Shown here: positions 9,959-21,606 of the stretch, piece by piece | Numbering within the stretch: the stretch's first letter is position 1 | Layout: each line of letters begins with the position of its first letter | NCBI GenBank assembly: GCA_963792585.1 | Contig: CAWBWI010000001.1 | Location: 1,824,001-1,888,000, forward strand | DNA length: 64,000 bases | From: Candidatus Eiseniibacteriota bacterium | GTDB taxonomy: Bacteria; Eisenbacteria; RBG-16-71-46; CAIMUX01; VGJL01 | Direction: 5' to 3' | The notes under the pieces: model-generated | Seen by the model: the letters and a program-made list of their open reading frames with translations, nothing else | What the model was told of the DNA's origin: nothing | Database searches by the model: none | Made by a program: the position numbers and the translations under genes

Positions 9959-11077
9959 CTACCGACCCGCGTCCTGCTTTCCGAGATCGAGGTAGGCCTG
10001 CAGTGCCCGCGTTCGATTCCCTGCGCCCGGATCCGCCGGGTTCAGATCACGAACCTCCTTCCAGGCAGCGGCCGCCGCCGCGTAGTCGCCTCGATCCTCG
10101 GCCTCGATCGCCTCTCCACTCTTCAGGAGCAGATCCAAGTAGACGGTCTTGACCTGCTGTTTCTTGTCGTTCAGATACGACTTCACGTTGCCCTGGAGAT
10201 CCCGCTTCTTCCCACCGGATGCGAGAAAGGTCTCCACTTCCGGGATGAGAAGATCGAGCAGGACCTTGCTCTCCAACTTGAAGAGGTCATCCGAGGAACG
10301 CACGGACATCGCGATCCCTTTGGACAGGAGCACCTCTCCGGTCTCGGTCTGCACCCAGCGGAGATCCAACCGGATGTGCTTCTCGTCAGTCTGCATGATG
10401 CTCCCAAAGAGAAACGACTGGGCCCCCGTGAGTTTTCCGAAGCGGACACGCGTTTCCGGATCCCCGATGACCCCCGCCTGCCCCATTTCGATCTCCTTGA
10501 GCAGGACGGCCAGACGCTGCCTGTCGACAATCTTCAGCGGGGTGACAGCCTGAAGGTCCGTCGTGATGACCTGTGTCAGGCCGCGTGCGAATCGATCGAG
10601 GTCATAGGCGCCCCGCACAATTGAGTTGTTCTCGATCTCCCCCACCGCAAGCGTGGTGATGTTCGATTCGGGGGCGCCTCCCGTAGCGCTGAGAACGCTG
10701 TCCCGCAGCGAATAGAAGAGCCGCACGACGGGAGGGGGCAGCAAGTCGGGTCGTGGGAGATCTGCGCCCGGATTCTCCGACAGAAGTTGCAGGAAGGAGG
10801 CGCGGGCCGGAGCTGTTTTGCCGGTCGACACGTAGATCGCTGCCAGGGTCGTCAAGACATCAGCTCTCTGATCGGCGGATAGGGATTCTCGTCCCGTGAG
10901 AACCGCCTGCCCGCACTGGATCGCTTCGGGGGCTCGCAACTCGAAGAAGAACGAGATCGGATCGTTGACGAATTGGGCCATTACCTCATTGGCCTGCGCC
11001 CCCGCAACTCCGGACGCAAGCGGGGCTGCCCAAGCGGCCAGGCCGATCGCCATGCGGTACGCGGTCCGCGCCATCAT
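9959..11077 (-). CDS. Secreted TPR-like + CsgG/HfaB-like domain protein
   Basis: Signal-peptide-like N-terminus, LAVGEIEN...KIVDRQRL..LLKEIEMGQAG...GKLTGAQ...ETGEV. ATGA overlap with the clpV stop. Confidence 0.7.
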   Translation of the reverse strand: MMARTAYRMAIGLAAWAAPLASGVAGAQANEVMAQFVNDPISFFFELRAPEAIQCGQAVLTGRESLSADQRADVLTTLAAIYVSTGKTAPARASFLQLLSENPGADLPRPDLLPPPVVRLFYSLRDSVLSATGGAPESNITTLAVGEIENNSIVRGAYDLDRFARGLTQVITTDLQAVTPLKIVDRQRLAVLLKEIEMGQAGVIGDPETRVRFGKLTGAQSFLFGSIMQTDEKHIRLDLRWVQTETGEVLLSKGIAMSVRSSDDLFKLESKVLLDLLIPEVETFLASGGKKRDLQGNVKSYLNDKKQQVKTVYLDLLLKSGEAIEAEDRGDYAAAAAAWKEVRDLNPADPGAGNRTRALQAYLDLGKQDAGR

Positions 11078-13814
11078 CGGGTCACCTCCGGGGTTGGGCC
11101 GAAATCGAGGGTGAAGTTCTCATCCGGGCCGATTCCGACCCGCACCGAACTGGGAAGCGCGGCTTCGGCCATCCGTTCGAGGAGCGCGGTGGAGAGCATT
11201 GGAAGGAGCGTCTGCTGAATAATGTGGTCGATGTTCCTTGCCCCAGCGTCGACGTCGGTGCATCGCCTTGCGATCATCTCTTCCACCTCAGGATCGAACG
11301 TCATGCGCATCCGATGGCTGTCCTGCAGCCGACTTTCGATCTGGCGGAGCTTCAATCGCACGATCTGCTGCAGGAACTCCGGGGCGAGCGGGAAGAACGG
11401 CACGACTTGCATACGGCCCAGCAGCGCCGGCTTGAAGTGCTTCGACAGGATCGGGCGAATGGCGCTCACCACCTCGTCCCCCGTGGGGGGTACGGGACCC
11501 GAGCAAAGCTGCATGATCACGTCCGTCGCGAGGTTGCTCGTAAGGAAGAGAACCGTGTTCTTGAAATCGATGATCCGCCCCTCTCCGTCGGCAAGCATCC
11601 CCTTGTCGAAGACCTGATAGAAGATGTTCATCACTTCCGGATCGGCCTTCTCGACCTCGTCCAGCAAGACGACGGAGTAGGGGCGCTGGCGAACCGCCTC
11701 GGTCAGAACGCCCCCTTCGCCATACCCGACATATCCCGGAGGAGATCCCACGAGCCGGCTCACCGTGTGCTTCTCCTGGAATTCAGACATATTGATGGTC
11801 GTGACGAACCGCTCGCCGCCGAACATCAAATCGGCGACCACGAGCGCCGTCTCCGTCTTGCCCACTCCGCTTGGACCGACGAAGAGGAAGACGCCGATCG
11901 GGGTCCTCGGGTTCTTCATTCCCGCCCGCGCGGCCCGGATCCCCTTGTCCACGGCCTCCAGCGCTTGATCCTGCCCCTTGATCCGCTCAGCCATCCGCTG
12001 CTTGAACGTGAGGATGAGGGCTGCCTCGTCGCTGACCATCTTGCCCACGGGAATCCCCGTCCAGCTGCTGACGACCGAGGCGATCAGACGGGCGTCGACG
12101 TCGAGAGGAACCAAGGGGATCGGGCCCTGCATCCCGCGCAGCTCTGCCATCGCCTCGACGAGTTCGGCCTTGACCGTCGTTTCCTCTTCAGGAGAGAGCA
12201 GTCCCGTCCCGGGATTCTCCGACCCCGTCGACGCTGCGCCCGACGTAGAAGCGCGCGGGGATTCTGCCGGAGGATTGCCGTCACCCGGGGCCAGCGCCCC
12301 CTCGAGCCTCGCTCGCAGGGCTTTCACCTTCTCGACGGCCGCTTTCTCCTTCTCCCATCGACCGGCCAGCTCCGTGCGCTGCTCCGTTAGTGATTTCACT
12401 TCCTCCTCGATCTCGAGAACCCGAGGCGTCACCGCCTCCCCACGCACCACTTTCTCTCGGAGCAGCGCGTTGCGTTCGCGGTCGAGGGCCTGCAGCTTGC
12501 GGTCGAAGTCGTCTACGGATTCCGGAATGGTCGCCTGGCCGATCTTGACCCGCGCCGCGGCCGTGTCCAGGAGGTCGACCGCTTTGTCCGGGAGTTGACG
12601 ACCCGAGATGTAACGGCTCGAAAGACGCGCCGCGGCTTCAACGCCCTCTTCCAGGATTCTCACCTTGTGGGCGGCCTCGTACTTGTCCCGCAGGCCGCGC
12701 ATCATCCCGATCGCCGCTTCTTCCGACGGCTCGTCGAGCTTCACGACCTGGAAACGACGCTCGAGCGCGGCGTCCTTCTCGAAGTACTTCTTGTATTCCG
12801 ACCAGGTCGTCGCTGCGATGGTGCGAAGCTCCCCGCGCGCGAGGGCGGGCTTCAGCAGGTTGGCCGCGTCGCTGCCACCTGCAGTTCCCCCGCGCCGATC
12901 AGGGTGTGCGCCTCGTCGATGAAGGTGACGATCGGGGTCGGCGAGGCTTTCACCTCCGTGATCACGCCCTTCAGCCTGTTCTCGAACTCTCCGCGCACGC
13001 CCGCCCCCGCCTGCAGCAGCCCCAGGTCGAGGCTCAAGAGGCGCACATTCTTCAGGACATCGGGAACGTCGCCGCTCACGATCCTGAGCGCCAGGCCTTC
13101 GACGACGGCTGTCTTCCCTACACCCGGCTCACCAACGACGATCGGGTTGTTCTTCCGCCGGCGGGCGAGGATGTCGATCATCTGCCGGATCTCCCGGTCG
13201 CGACCGAAGACGGGATCGATTTCGCCCGCCCGCGCCCTTTCCGTGAAGTCGATCATGAAACGGCCGATCGCCGTCTCCTCAACGGGGCGTCCAGGCCGCC
13301 CGGCGGTCGGCTTCCCTCCTTCGGTCGCCGACGCCTCCGCTTCGCGAGAGCCGGTCGTGATTCGATAGAGATCGCCGCGCAGCTCGTCCCGCTTGATCCC
13401 CTCCAGCGGCCGAGAGAGATCGTCCGCCGTATACCGATCCGGGCGGAGCATCAACGCAAGAAGGAGCATTCCCGAACGAACCTGGGTGTCCTGATACTCC
13501 ACCGACGCAAGAACCCAGGCGTCCTGGATCCACTCGAGCAGAAGCGGAGAAAACACCGGCCTGCCCGAGTTGCCGGACCGCATGCGCTCGAGGTTGTGCT
13601 GGAGCGTGCCGAGGAGCGGGGCGGGGTTGATTCCGAAGTGCCGGAGGATCTGTTGCAAGTCCGCTTGTGGATCCTCGACCATCTGAAGCAGGAGATGCTC
13701 GGGTCCAACCTCGTAGTGGCCGCGAGAGATGCATAGCCCCGCCGCCGCCTCCAAGGACTTCGTGCAGTAGCCGTTTAGTTTCCGGATCAGACCCTTGATA
13801 TCGACGTCCATCAT
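11074..13814 (-). CDS. tssH: T6SS AAA+ ATPase ClpV/TssH (frameshift in C-run at 12887-12891)
   Basis: Walker A motifs GEPGVGKT and GPSGVGKT. One extra base restores [27 protein letters not shown]. Confidence 0.93.
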
Positions 13815-13837
13815 CTCATTCTCCTGCTCGTGGCATC

Positions 13838-14896
13838 TCACGCACTTCGGCGTGCGCCGTGCGCCGCCGTCAGAGGGTCGTATTCCCTTGTCTGGAACAC
13901 GCCCTCGCCTTGCTCGGCTCCGGAGGGCGACAACCAACTCATCTGCCCGAGGGCAAGGCCAAGCTCTGGTGATAGGCAAAGGGGTGGCACTTCTTCAGGC
14001 CGGATCACCATTCGTAGATCGAACTGAAGCGGATCGCATACGTAGAATCGGGTCAGCCGGACAATCCGATCGAATGCACCAGAACCCGGCAGAAAGGACT
14101 GATATTGCATCGCAGAAAGAGGAGACAGCGTGATCCTGAATCCACCCTCCATGTCCTGAACCGACTCTCCCAGGACCGCGTCCTCACCCAGCCGGCACCC
14201 ACCTTGGCCCAATCGCATGACTTGATCTGCCGGGATTCGGACCGTTCTTCGGATCAAAGATTCAATCTGAACTGGAGTCCCCTCGAAAAGCTCCCGAAGC
14301 ATGCATTCCAACCCGACGGCGGATCGGGGGCGAGTGTTGAGGAGTCCGGCGACCCGCAGGAACGAGAGCCACGAAGCCTCCAGGGCGGGGACCATTCCTT
14401 CGCTGCCCAATCCAACGAGCGAGAGCGTGGAGCGTGTGTAGCTGTCCGGCCCCTCGGGGGAGAAACGGATGTAGTGCCTGTACTTCTCCCACGCGGCGTA
14501 AATGAATGAGATGAACCGATGATGAAAGAGGTCCAGGAACTCGCGGAGGGTTTCGCCGTCAGTGCCCGACCAGATCAAGTCCTCCGTAAGGTGGGTCGGC
14601 ATCGGGGACGCTGGGCCGTAGAGCCCCATGAAGTCGACGGTCACTAGGTAGCGGGGCGGGCCGTCATCATCGAGCGCCGGGACGATATCGATCCCGCTTA
14701 CGTCGGACGCCGAGAACCCCAGGCTGGTCGCCGGCCGAAATCGCACCGTCTCCCGCCGGGGCGGCCCTGGCCCGCCCGGCGCGATCGCACCCTCGCCTTG
14801 GCGCAGGAGCAACTGCACGAGTTGGAAAAACGAGAACCTGTGGCCATCGGCCGCAAGGCGCTCGATCAGAGCAACTGCTGCCTGCCGGTCTTGCAT
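13838..14896 (-). CDS. tssG: T6SS baseplate TssG
   Basis: FSFFQLVQLL, FMGLYGPASPMP and FLDLFHHR motifs. Appears fused to tssF in the ORF track only because of the tssF frameshift. Confidence 0.88.
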   Translation of the reverse strand: MQDRQAAVALIERLAADGHRFSFFQLVQLLLRQGEGAIAPGGPGPPRRETVRFRPATSLGFSASDVSGIDIVPALDDDGPPRYLVTVDFMGLYGPASPMPTHLTEDLIWSGTDGETLREFLDLFHHRFISFIYAAWEKYRHYIRFSPEGPDSYTRSTLSLVGLGSEGMVPALEASWLSFLRVAGLLNTRPRSAVGLECMLRELFEGTPVQIESLIRRTVRIPADQVMRLGQGGCRLGEDAVLGESVQDMEGGFRITLSPLSAMQYQSFLPGSGAFDRIVRLTRFYVCDPLQFDLRMVIRPEEVPPLCLSPELGLALGQMSWLSPSGAEQGEGVFQTREYDPLTAAHGARRSA

Positions 14897-16627
14897 GGCC
14901 AGATGTGTACCTCTCCCCGTTGGGTTCCACGGACCGTAAGCTGGACGAAGGAGTTCAGACTCACATGAAGGCTCATGAACTCGCTCAGGACGCTCGCAAA
15001 GAGGTAGAGGTCGCCGTCGCCGGCGAAACAGGTCCTCTCGCAGGCCCACCTCGACTGCCGTTCCGCGCACGGGACAGCCCCGTACGAGGATATCTTTGGG
15101 AGCGGCGCGAATTGCTTCAATCCCCTCCAGACGCAGCGCGTTTGCGCGGAACGCGCGGGAATCTCGAGAGGCCTGGATGTTGTATAGACCCAGAATCCCG
15201 CGGAGCGCTTCGAGTTTGGTCAGCGACAGATAGGAAAGCGACATGTGCGAGATCAATCGCCAGTGCAGATCCCCATCCAAGGGAGGGGAAGCGGACATGG
15301 TCGGCACGGTCAGATTGCGGAACCGCACAAACTCGGGAGAGGAGTCGGTGGGGATCTGGATGTCTCCGGCCCTGAGGCCTTCGGGAAGTCGGCGGTTCGT
15401 GCAGGTCAGGTCGACCCCGATGATCTCGACCGATGGGATTGCCGCGGCCCCTCTAGCGTCCATGAAAGAGAGGTAGGTGTCGGACCGCCCGTCAACGACC
15501 GAGTTGCGTGATCGCGGGAGGTAGTAGGCGAATCCGTCCGTCCCCACCGGTCTGTGGGCGAAGGAATAGAAGGGGGGAATCTCGCGCTCCGTCGCGGTCC
15601 CCGGAAGCGAGCCCGCAACCCGGTCGATCGAGTGAACCTCGTAGTGAAGAGAGTTCTGTCCGGCGGGTCGCACTCGGTACTCGGCTTTCGTGCGGTCCAC
15701 CCGCATCGGGTCCGCTTCATGCGGAAAGAGGTTGACGATCGGGGTACAAAACAGCCGGACCTCCTCCTTGGTCGGACGGAGGGTCGTAGGAAGCGCCCGG
15801 TCGAATCGAATCTCCACCCAGAATCGATCCTCCACGGCGAGCTCGGGGAGCGCTTGCAGGCCCTCCAGATCCAGGAACAAGAACTTCTCCGGCAGGGAGA
15901 AGTACTCCTGCAGGAGCCGGTATCCCGGAAGCGACCGGATTGGATACGGAAGGAGCGCCCCGTCCTCCTCAAACCCCGACGCGAGGATGCGGATCGGGCG
16001 AGACGCTTCGCCGGGGCTACGACCGTCCGGATTCGAGGCGGTCGCCACAGCGTCGACTACATGGGTGCGAAGATGGTAATAGAGTGCGAGTGCCAGGGCG
16101 GGGTCGCCGTGCAGGTAGAGGCGCACCCGATTCAGATCGAGGACCTCCGGCTTCACCTGATTCCAGATCCTGAAACCGAGTCGCATGCGGGACGGCCCGG
16201 CGCCGGTTACCTCGAGCTGCACTTGCTCTAGCGAGATTGGGTTCAAGACGACGTCGTATGCGGTGCGAAAACGACATGCGGTCCCCTCTACCGGCACCGA
16301 CTGCACCTCCACCCCTCGAGCCACTCGCTGGGACTGGCGGAGAGCGGGCAGAACCGGTTGAAACTCGAGGATCGACATGGAAGGAACGGGCCTCAGGTAA
16401 TGCGGCCAGAGGAGACCCATCAGAGCGTGAGTGACCTCCGGCAGCTCATCATCGAGTTTCTGTCGGATTCGGCCCGCGATGAAGGCGAAGCCTTCGAGCA
16501 GCCGCTCTACGTCCGGATCGCTTCCAGGAGTGGAGAGGAAATGAGCGGCGGCCGGATGGGCACGGGCGAACTCGGTCCCAAGCTCCCTCAGGTAGAGCAG
16601 CTCATCTTGGTAGTACCTGTTGAACAT
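14866..16627 (-). CDS. tssF: T6SS baseplate TssF (frameshift at A-run 15026-15028)
   Basis: YYQDELLYLRELG, DPDVERLLEGFAF and CTPIVNLF. The canonical C-terminus LYLFASVLSEFMSLHVSLNSF lies in the frame ending at 14866. Confidence 0.92.
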
Positions 16628-16695
16628 GGGCGGGCGCGCGCCCTCCTCTCCATGGCGGACTCAGCATTCCGGATGAGGAACGCCCGGACATTCCG

Positions 16696-17112
16696 TCACC
16701 CCTTCAGCAGCACCCTTCCGCTCGAGTCGATCTTCGTTTCGAACCAGACCGAGGTCTTCTCCTCCGATGTCACCAACTCGGCGGTAATCTCGAGGCGCAA
16801 AGAGAAGATCTCATCCGTCGGACCGCTCTGCTTCACCGTGACGCGACGAAGGCGCGGTTCATACTTCTCTACGGCCACCTTGATCGCCGCTCGCATCCTC
16901 GCCGACGCCTCCGGAAAGCTGTGCAGCAAGTCGGCGAGATCAGGTATCCCGTAGTCCGACTGAATCGGGGTGATCCCGTGTCGCGAATTCAGGAGCCGCT
17001 CGAGGTTGGCGAGGACCGAATCCGCGAGCCGCGCTGTATTCTCGCGGATCGCGGGTACTCGATCGCTCTGTGGATCCCGCAATCGTTCAAGCAGGCTCCG
17101 CTCCCGTGGCAT
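16696..17112 (-). CDS. tssE: T6SS baseplate TssE (gp25-like)
   Basis: SLLERL, LLNSR, DYGIPD and YEPRL motifs. Confidence 0.9.
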   Translation of the reverse strand: MPRERSLLERLRDPQSDRVPAIRENTARLADSVLANLERLLNSRHGITPIQSDYGIPDLADLLHSFPEASARMRAAIKVAVEKYEPRLRRVTVKQSGPTDEIFSLRLEITAELVTSEEKTSVWFETKIDSSGRVLLKG

Positions 17113-17187
17113 TCTTCACCCTCAGGCGATGCCACCCCGCTGGGAGGACACCACCGGACGCCGTCCTCGGTCGTTACCCGTCTGGAC

Positions 17188-17680
17188 CTAGGTCTGAGCC
17201 GACCAGGTGTCCTCGTGCGTGATTCCTCCGTTCGTGTAGGTCCAGCTGATCGTGTGGAACTGGAACGAGATCTCCTCGAGAGGAGGATCCATGGACGAGG
17301 CAGGATCAATGCAATCCGGCGACACCGCCTTGAAGGACGACACCCGTCCCTGCTTGATTTCGACGGTGTAGAACTGCTCCGTCGTTCCGTCTCCCGTTGG
17401 GTTCGGCCTGAAGAATTTGAAGATGCCGTCAATCACCTCGTTGCGGACCAGCGCCTTGTAGATGAGCGGGGTCGACTTGTCGATCCTCTTGCGGATGATG
17501 AGCGGCTCGTAACTTCGACGACCCGTCGCCGCTCCGCTTCCCGCTTCGCGCGCGGTACGCACGGAACTCTCGAAGTAAACACATTCGATGCTGTCCTGCC
17601 TCCCCAGGGAGGTTTGCGTGCTTTCGCCCTTTATGTCTGCTCCGTTCGCCTTCAGGTAGAGATGGACTGGTTTCCGCCAT
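17188..17680 (-). CDS. hcp: T6SS tube protein Hcp/TssD (extra base near codon 4, about 17669)
   Basis: AAGGAG then ATG at 17680. Removing one base gives MAETVHLYLKANGADIKGES...KRIDKSTP...ISWTY. Confidence 0.9.
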
Positions 17681-17797
17681 GGTTCCCCACTCCTTGGGTG
17701 GCAGTCTTCAAACCTTCGGTGCGGGCGCGCCACCGATTCACCCCCCGATTGCCTCCATGCGGCCGCCTCGACGACTCTCAAGACCTCAGGGCGCGAC

Positions 17798-19283
17798 CTA
17801 CTTCTTGTCCAGCTTCCCAACGAGGGACAGGGTGAAGAAGGCGCCCATGTACTTGAAATGCGGTCGAACGTTGAGTCCGACTCTGAACCAACCCGGATCT
17901 CCTTCGACATCTTCCACGGTCGACCTCGGCCTGACGAAGGGGTCGGCGTCCGCGGGTGGCAGCGCTGGCGTCGTCCATCTCAGCAACGTACTGGTTGATC
18001 CAGGCGTTCAGCTCCCGGCTGAGATCGCTCTTCTCTTTCCAGCTGCCGATGTTCTCGCGCTGGATGACTTTGAGGTAATGCGCAAGTCTGGAGATGATGA
18101 ACATGTAGGGAAGCTGCATACCCAGCTTGTAGTTCGCCTCCGCTTCCTTGCCTTCCTTGCTTTGGCCGAAGTACTTCGGCTTCTGGCAGGAGTTCGCGCT
18201 GAAGAACGCAGCGTTGTCCGACCCCTTGCGCATCGTCAGTCCGATGAACCCCTCTTCGGAGAGTTCGAGCTCCCGGCGCTCGGATATCAGCACCTCGGTC
18301 GGGATCTTCTGCTCCGTCACCCCCATCGTCTTGTAGACATGGACCGGGAGGTCTTCGACAGCGCCGCCGCTCTGGGGCCCGATGATGTTGGGACACCACC
18401 GGTATTTCGCGAAACTGTCGGTCAATCGGGTCGCGAAGGCGAAGACTGCATTCCCCCAGAGGTACTTGTCGTGGCCGTCGGTGACGGTTTCCTCGTATTG
18501 GAACTCCTTGATCGGAACCGTCTCCTCGCCATATGGCAGACGGAGCAAGAACCGCGGCATCACAAGACCCACGTAGCGGGCGTCTTCCGATTCGCGGAAC
18601 GACCTCCACTTCGCATACTGCGGGGCCTCGAAGATCGACTTCAGGTCTTTCAGGTTCGGAAGGGGCAGGTACGAGTCTTCGCCGAAGAACTTCGGTCCCG
18701 CCGCCGCCAGGAACGGAGCGTGAGCCATCGTCGCAACGGAACCGCTGTACTGGAGGAGCTTCATGTCCTGAGGATGCGCCGTGAACTCGTAGTTGGCGAT
18801 CATGGCGCCTACGGGCTCACCGCCGAATTGCCCATACTCCGCCGTGTAGACGTGCTTGTACAGGCCGGACTTCACGATCTCCGGAGAATCCTCGAAGTCG
18901 TTCAGCAGATCGTCCTTCGAGACATTCAGGATCTGCATCCTGATGTTCTCCCTGAAATCAGTCCGATCCACGAGCAGCTTCAAGCCCCGCCATGCCGATT
19001 CCATCTTCTGGACCGAAGCATGATGGAGGATCTCGTCGATCTGGAGGCTCATCTTCCGATCCAGCTCGGTGATCATCTCATTGACGATCGATTGATGAAC
19101 CTTGACCGAACCCTCGGCGCGGACCAGCTCCTTCATGAAGGCCTCGAGGCCCCGCTTCGCAATGGAGTAGCTTTCGTCGGAGGGTTTGTACTTTGTCGTT
19201 GAGATGATCTCGTCCAGAACGTTCGCCTCTGCCTCGGTCGTCTCTTTCGACGAGGGTTCCCGTTTATCTTCCGTTTCCGCCAT
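17798..19283 (-). CDS. tssC: T6SS sheath large subunit TssC (frameshift near 17921)
   Basis: ESAWRGL, YGQFGGEP, PRFLLRLPYG and YLWGNA. The canonical end RPHFKYMGAFFTLSLVGKLDKK is in the shifted frame. Confidence 0.93.
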
Positions 19284-19318
19284 TTCCGTTCCTCCCGCGA
19301 CTCGCGCGGATTTCGAGC

Positions 19319-19828
19319 CTAAGCGCCTGAACCGGAGTCTCCGGACTCGTCGAGTCCGAGTTCCTTCATGATCCGCTCCCTCTGCGACTCGTCCTTCAGC
19401 AGTTCCTCGATCTTCCGCCGGAAGGCGGGAACGTTGGCGAGCGGTCCCTTCAGGGCGGTGAGCGCGTCCCGCAGTTCGAGCAACTTTGCCAGTTCGGGCA
19501 CCTGCCGAGCGACCGACTGCGGCTCGAAGTCCTTCAGGGTGTTGAGGGAGAGACTGACGGGGAGCTCGTCTCCCTCCTTGCCGGTGAGCTTGTTGGCGAC
19601 GTTCATGGTCACGCTGAGCTTGTGCTGCGCCATCACGTCGCTGAAGCTGTCCTTGTCAATGGAAACCGGCTTGCGTTCTTCCAGCGGCGTTGCGTCGGAC
19701 CGGCCGGTAAAGTCACCGAGGACCATCAACTTCAAGGGCAGTTCGATTTCCGCCTGCGCTGAGCCGGTGGCCGGCTTGTATACGATGTTGACCCGTTCCT
19801 TCGGGGCGACTGAAGCTTCCTTCGCCAT
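19319..19828 (-). CDS. tssB: T6SS sheath small subunit TssB
   Basis: APKERVNIVY, ELPLKLMVLGDFTG and DFEPQSVARQVPEL motifs. Confidence 0.95.
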   Translation of the reverse strand: MAKEASVAPKERVNIVYKPATGSAQAEIELPLKLMVLGDFTGRSDATPLEERKPVSIDKDSFSDVMAQHKLSVTMNVANKLTGKEGDELPVSLSLNTLKDFEPQSVARQVPELAKLLELRDALTALKGPLANVPAFRRKIEELLKDESQRERIMKELGLDESGDSGSGA

Positions 19829-19952
19829 GGCAACCTCCTCCGAGGCAATTCGCCCTTAGTACCGCAACACGAAGATTCGAAAACTAATCAGGATGCCAGA
19901 AATCAACCTGCTTTGCCACAATAGAAAGGACTCGACCCCGCGACGGGGCCGC

Positions 19953-21567
19953 TCAGCCCTTCCCCTCAAGTGAAACTGCGGAACCAAGGTCCAGCCGGGA
20001 GATTCTCCCGAGGAGCTCCCGGGCACGCGCAAGGTCCGCCGCTGAGGCTGGATGTCCTGCGGACATAGCCTTCTGGTGGCATGAATAGAGGGCTTTCAGG
20101 ACTTCCAGGCAGAGATCGGGGGCCCAGTCTTCGCAACGGGAGGACTGGAGATCCCCATCCAGCATTACGAGTTGGGCAAGCGCCGTTTGCACAGCCCCCG
20201 CCTCCAAACAGAGCCGGGCCATTTCCAGGTTCCACATTGCTCTTCCCCTGATCGAGTAGGCCTTCGCGGCTCCATCCTCAAGCAGCCTCAGAGCTTCGGG
20301 GAGCTTCTTCTTCCTTGCGAGATTCCGAGCTTCCTCCCGCGTCCGGCTCAGCCGCGCACGCTCTTCAGCGGATTGGTCTCCGGACTCTGCCGATGCGGTC
20401 GGTCCTTCGGAACCCGTAGTGGTAGCTGGACCACCAGACCCATCGGGGGCCCCCACGCGGTCCCGGATCCAGGCACGGGTCCTCTCGTCAGCCAAGGGTT
20501 GTCCATTCTGGAAACGGAGCGATTCGAGGCCAGGAACTCGAGCCAGCAATTGGGCCAACTCCAGCACGACCGCTTGCGCCGCCGTGAGAAATGATTCACC
20601 CATTCCCTCCAAGGCAGTGACGGTGAAGCGGTGCAGATCCACCCAGAGCACGGCCGTTGGGAGCCGTGATTCGCTTTGTTCTAGTGCCGCCACCCATTGC
20701 CCTTCATCGAGGAGAGCTTGGATCTTCGCAGCAAGATCTTGCGGCAGGGGCGCCGGGATCTGGGTCTGACCGTTCTCGTTGGGAGGCGGCCCTACGAGGC
20801 TCAACCAGCAGGACATCCGGAGAAGCCGGTAAGGTAGCGGGTCAGCGGGGTCGTTCGTCCGCAGGAACTCGGATGTCCTTCGGGCCAGATCCTTGAGATC
20901 GCTGATCGCATGGACGGCTTCGTCCTTGCTCCGGACTTGCGCAGGGATACGCCCCTCAGCGGCCGCGGCCGGAACGACGGACGCCGGCTCGGATGGGCTC
21001 CCTTGCGCCGCCCGCCGCCCGGACTCCTCGAGCGCGCCCTGCAAATTCTTGAGCAACTGCGAGCCCGAGTCGAGCTTTGGTTCCAGGCTGGATGCGATCT
21101 CTGTGGCCAGCGTCTTGCAAAGCGCCAACCACTCGCCGTCGTCGGATCCTGGTGGTCGATTCTCGATCGCCTTCGAACCGCGCTCGACGAGCCACTCGAT
21201 GGCGGCCGTCCGGCCGCGCACTCGCTTCAAATTCGGGGTAGAGCGTCTCCCAGTACCGATCGATGAGCTCTTTCAATATGCTGAGACCCGTCACGAGTCC
21301 CGAATAGCCATCCCTTTGGAAGAGGCCAAGGCAGAGATAGCTGGCAGGGAGAAGATCCTTGGACTTCCTCCCAAGAAGCTCCGCGGCTGCGTCGATCACG
21401 ACTCCCCAATCGGGTTGCCGACCATCGGGCTCTTCCAACTTCCGAATCTCACCTTGTAGGACCTCGAACTGCGGCTCGTCGCGCCCCGGATCCCCAGCCG
21501 GCGCGTCCGGCCGAATGGGTTGGATCCCCATTTCGAGAATCTCGGCGGCTGTGAAGTTCTGGCTCAT
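19953..21567 (-). CDS. tssA: T6SS TssA, ImpA_N plus VasJ-like domain (frameshift at A-run 21229-21231)
   Basis: PDWGVV...SKDL...YWETLYP N-domain continues as LKRVRGRTAAIEW after removing one base. WVDLHR and LRFQNGQPLAD motifs. Confidence 0.88.
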
Positions 21568-21606
21568 CTTCGCGCTCCATTCCCCATTGAAGTCCCGTGC
21601 GCAGTC

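Noticed and set aside
13838..16627. 929-aa TssF-TssG fusion in the ORF track
   Set aside because: Produced by a one-base insertion near 15027. The normal TssF C-terminus is intact in another frame and the junction peptide is not TssF-like.
17188..17910. Hcp with a long N-terminal extension (240-aa ORF)
   Set aside because: The extension overlaps the tssC end. The real start with a ribosome-binding site is at 17680, followed by a frameshift.
17679..19202. 507-aa plus-strand ORF and similar long antisense ORFs (e.g. 27229-28680, 7897-9117)
   Set aside because: Antisense shadows of conserved T6SS genes, expected in GC-rich DNA; no recognisable motifs.
19895..19922. Sigma54 promoter upstream of tssB (TGGCAAAGCAGGTTGA on minus strand)
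   Set aside because: The -12 GC element is missing and the spacing is off.
9057..21231. Programmed frameshifting or phase variation as the cause of the T6SS indels
   Set aside because: The runs are short (2-5 nt), shift directions are mixed, and six simultaneous switches in essential genes is implausible.
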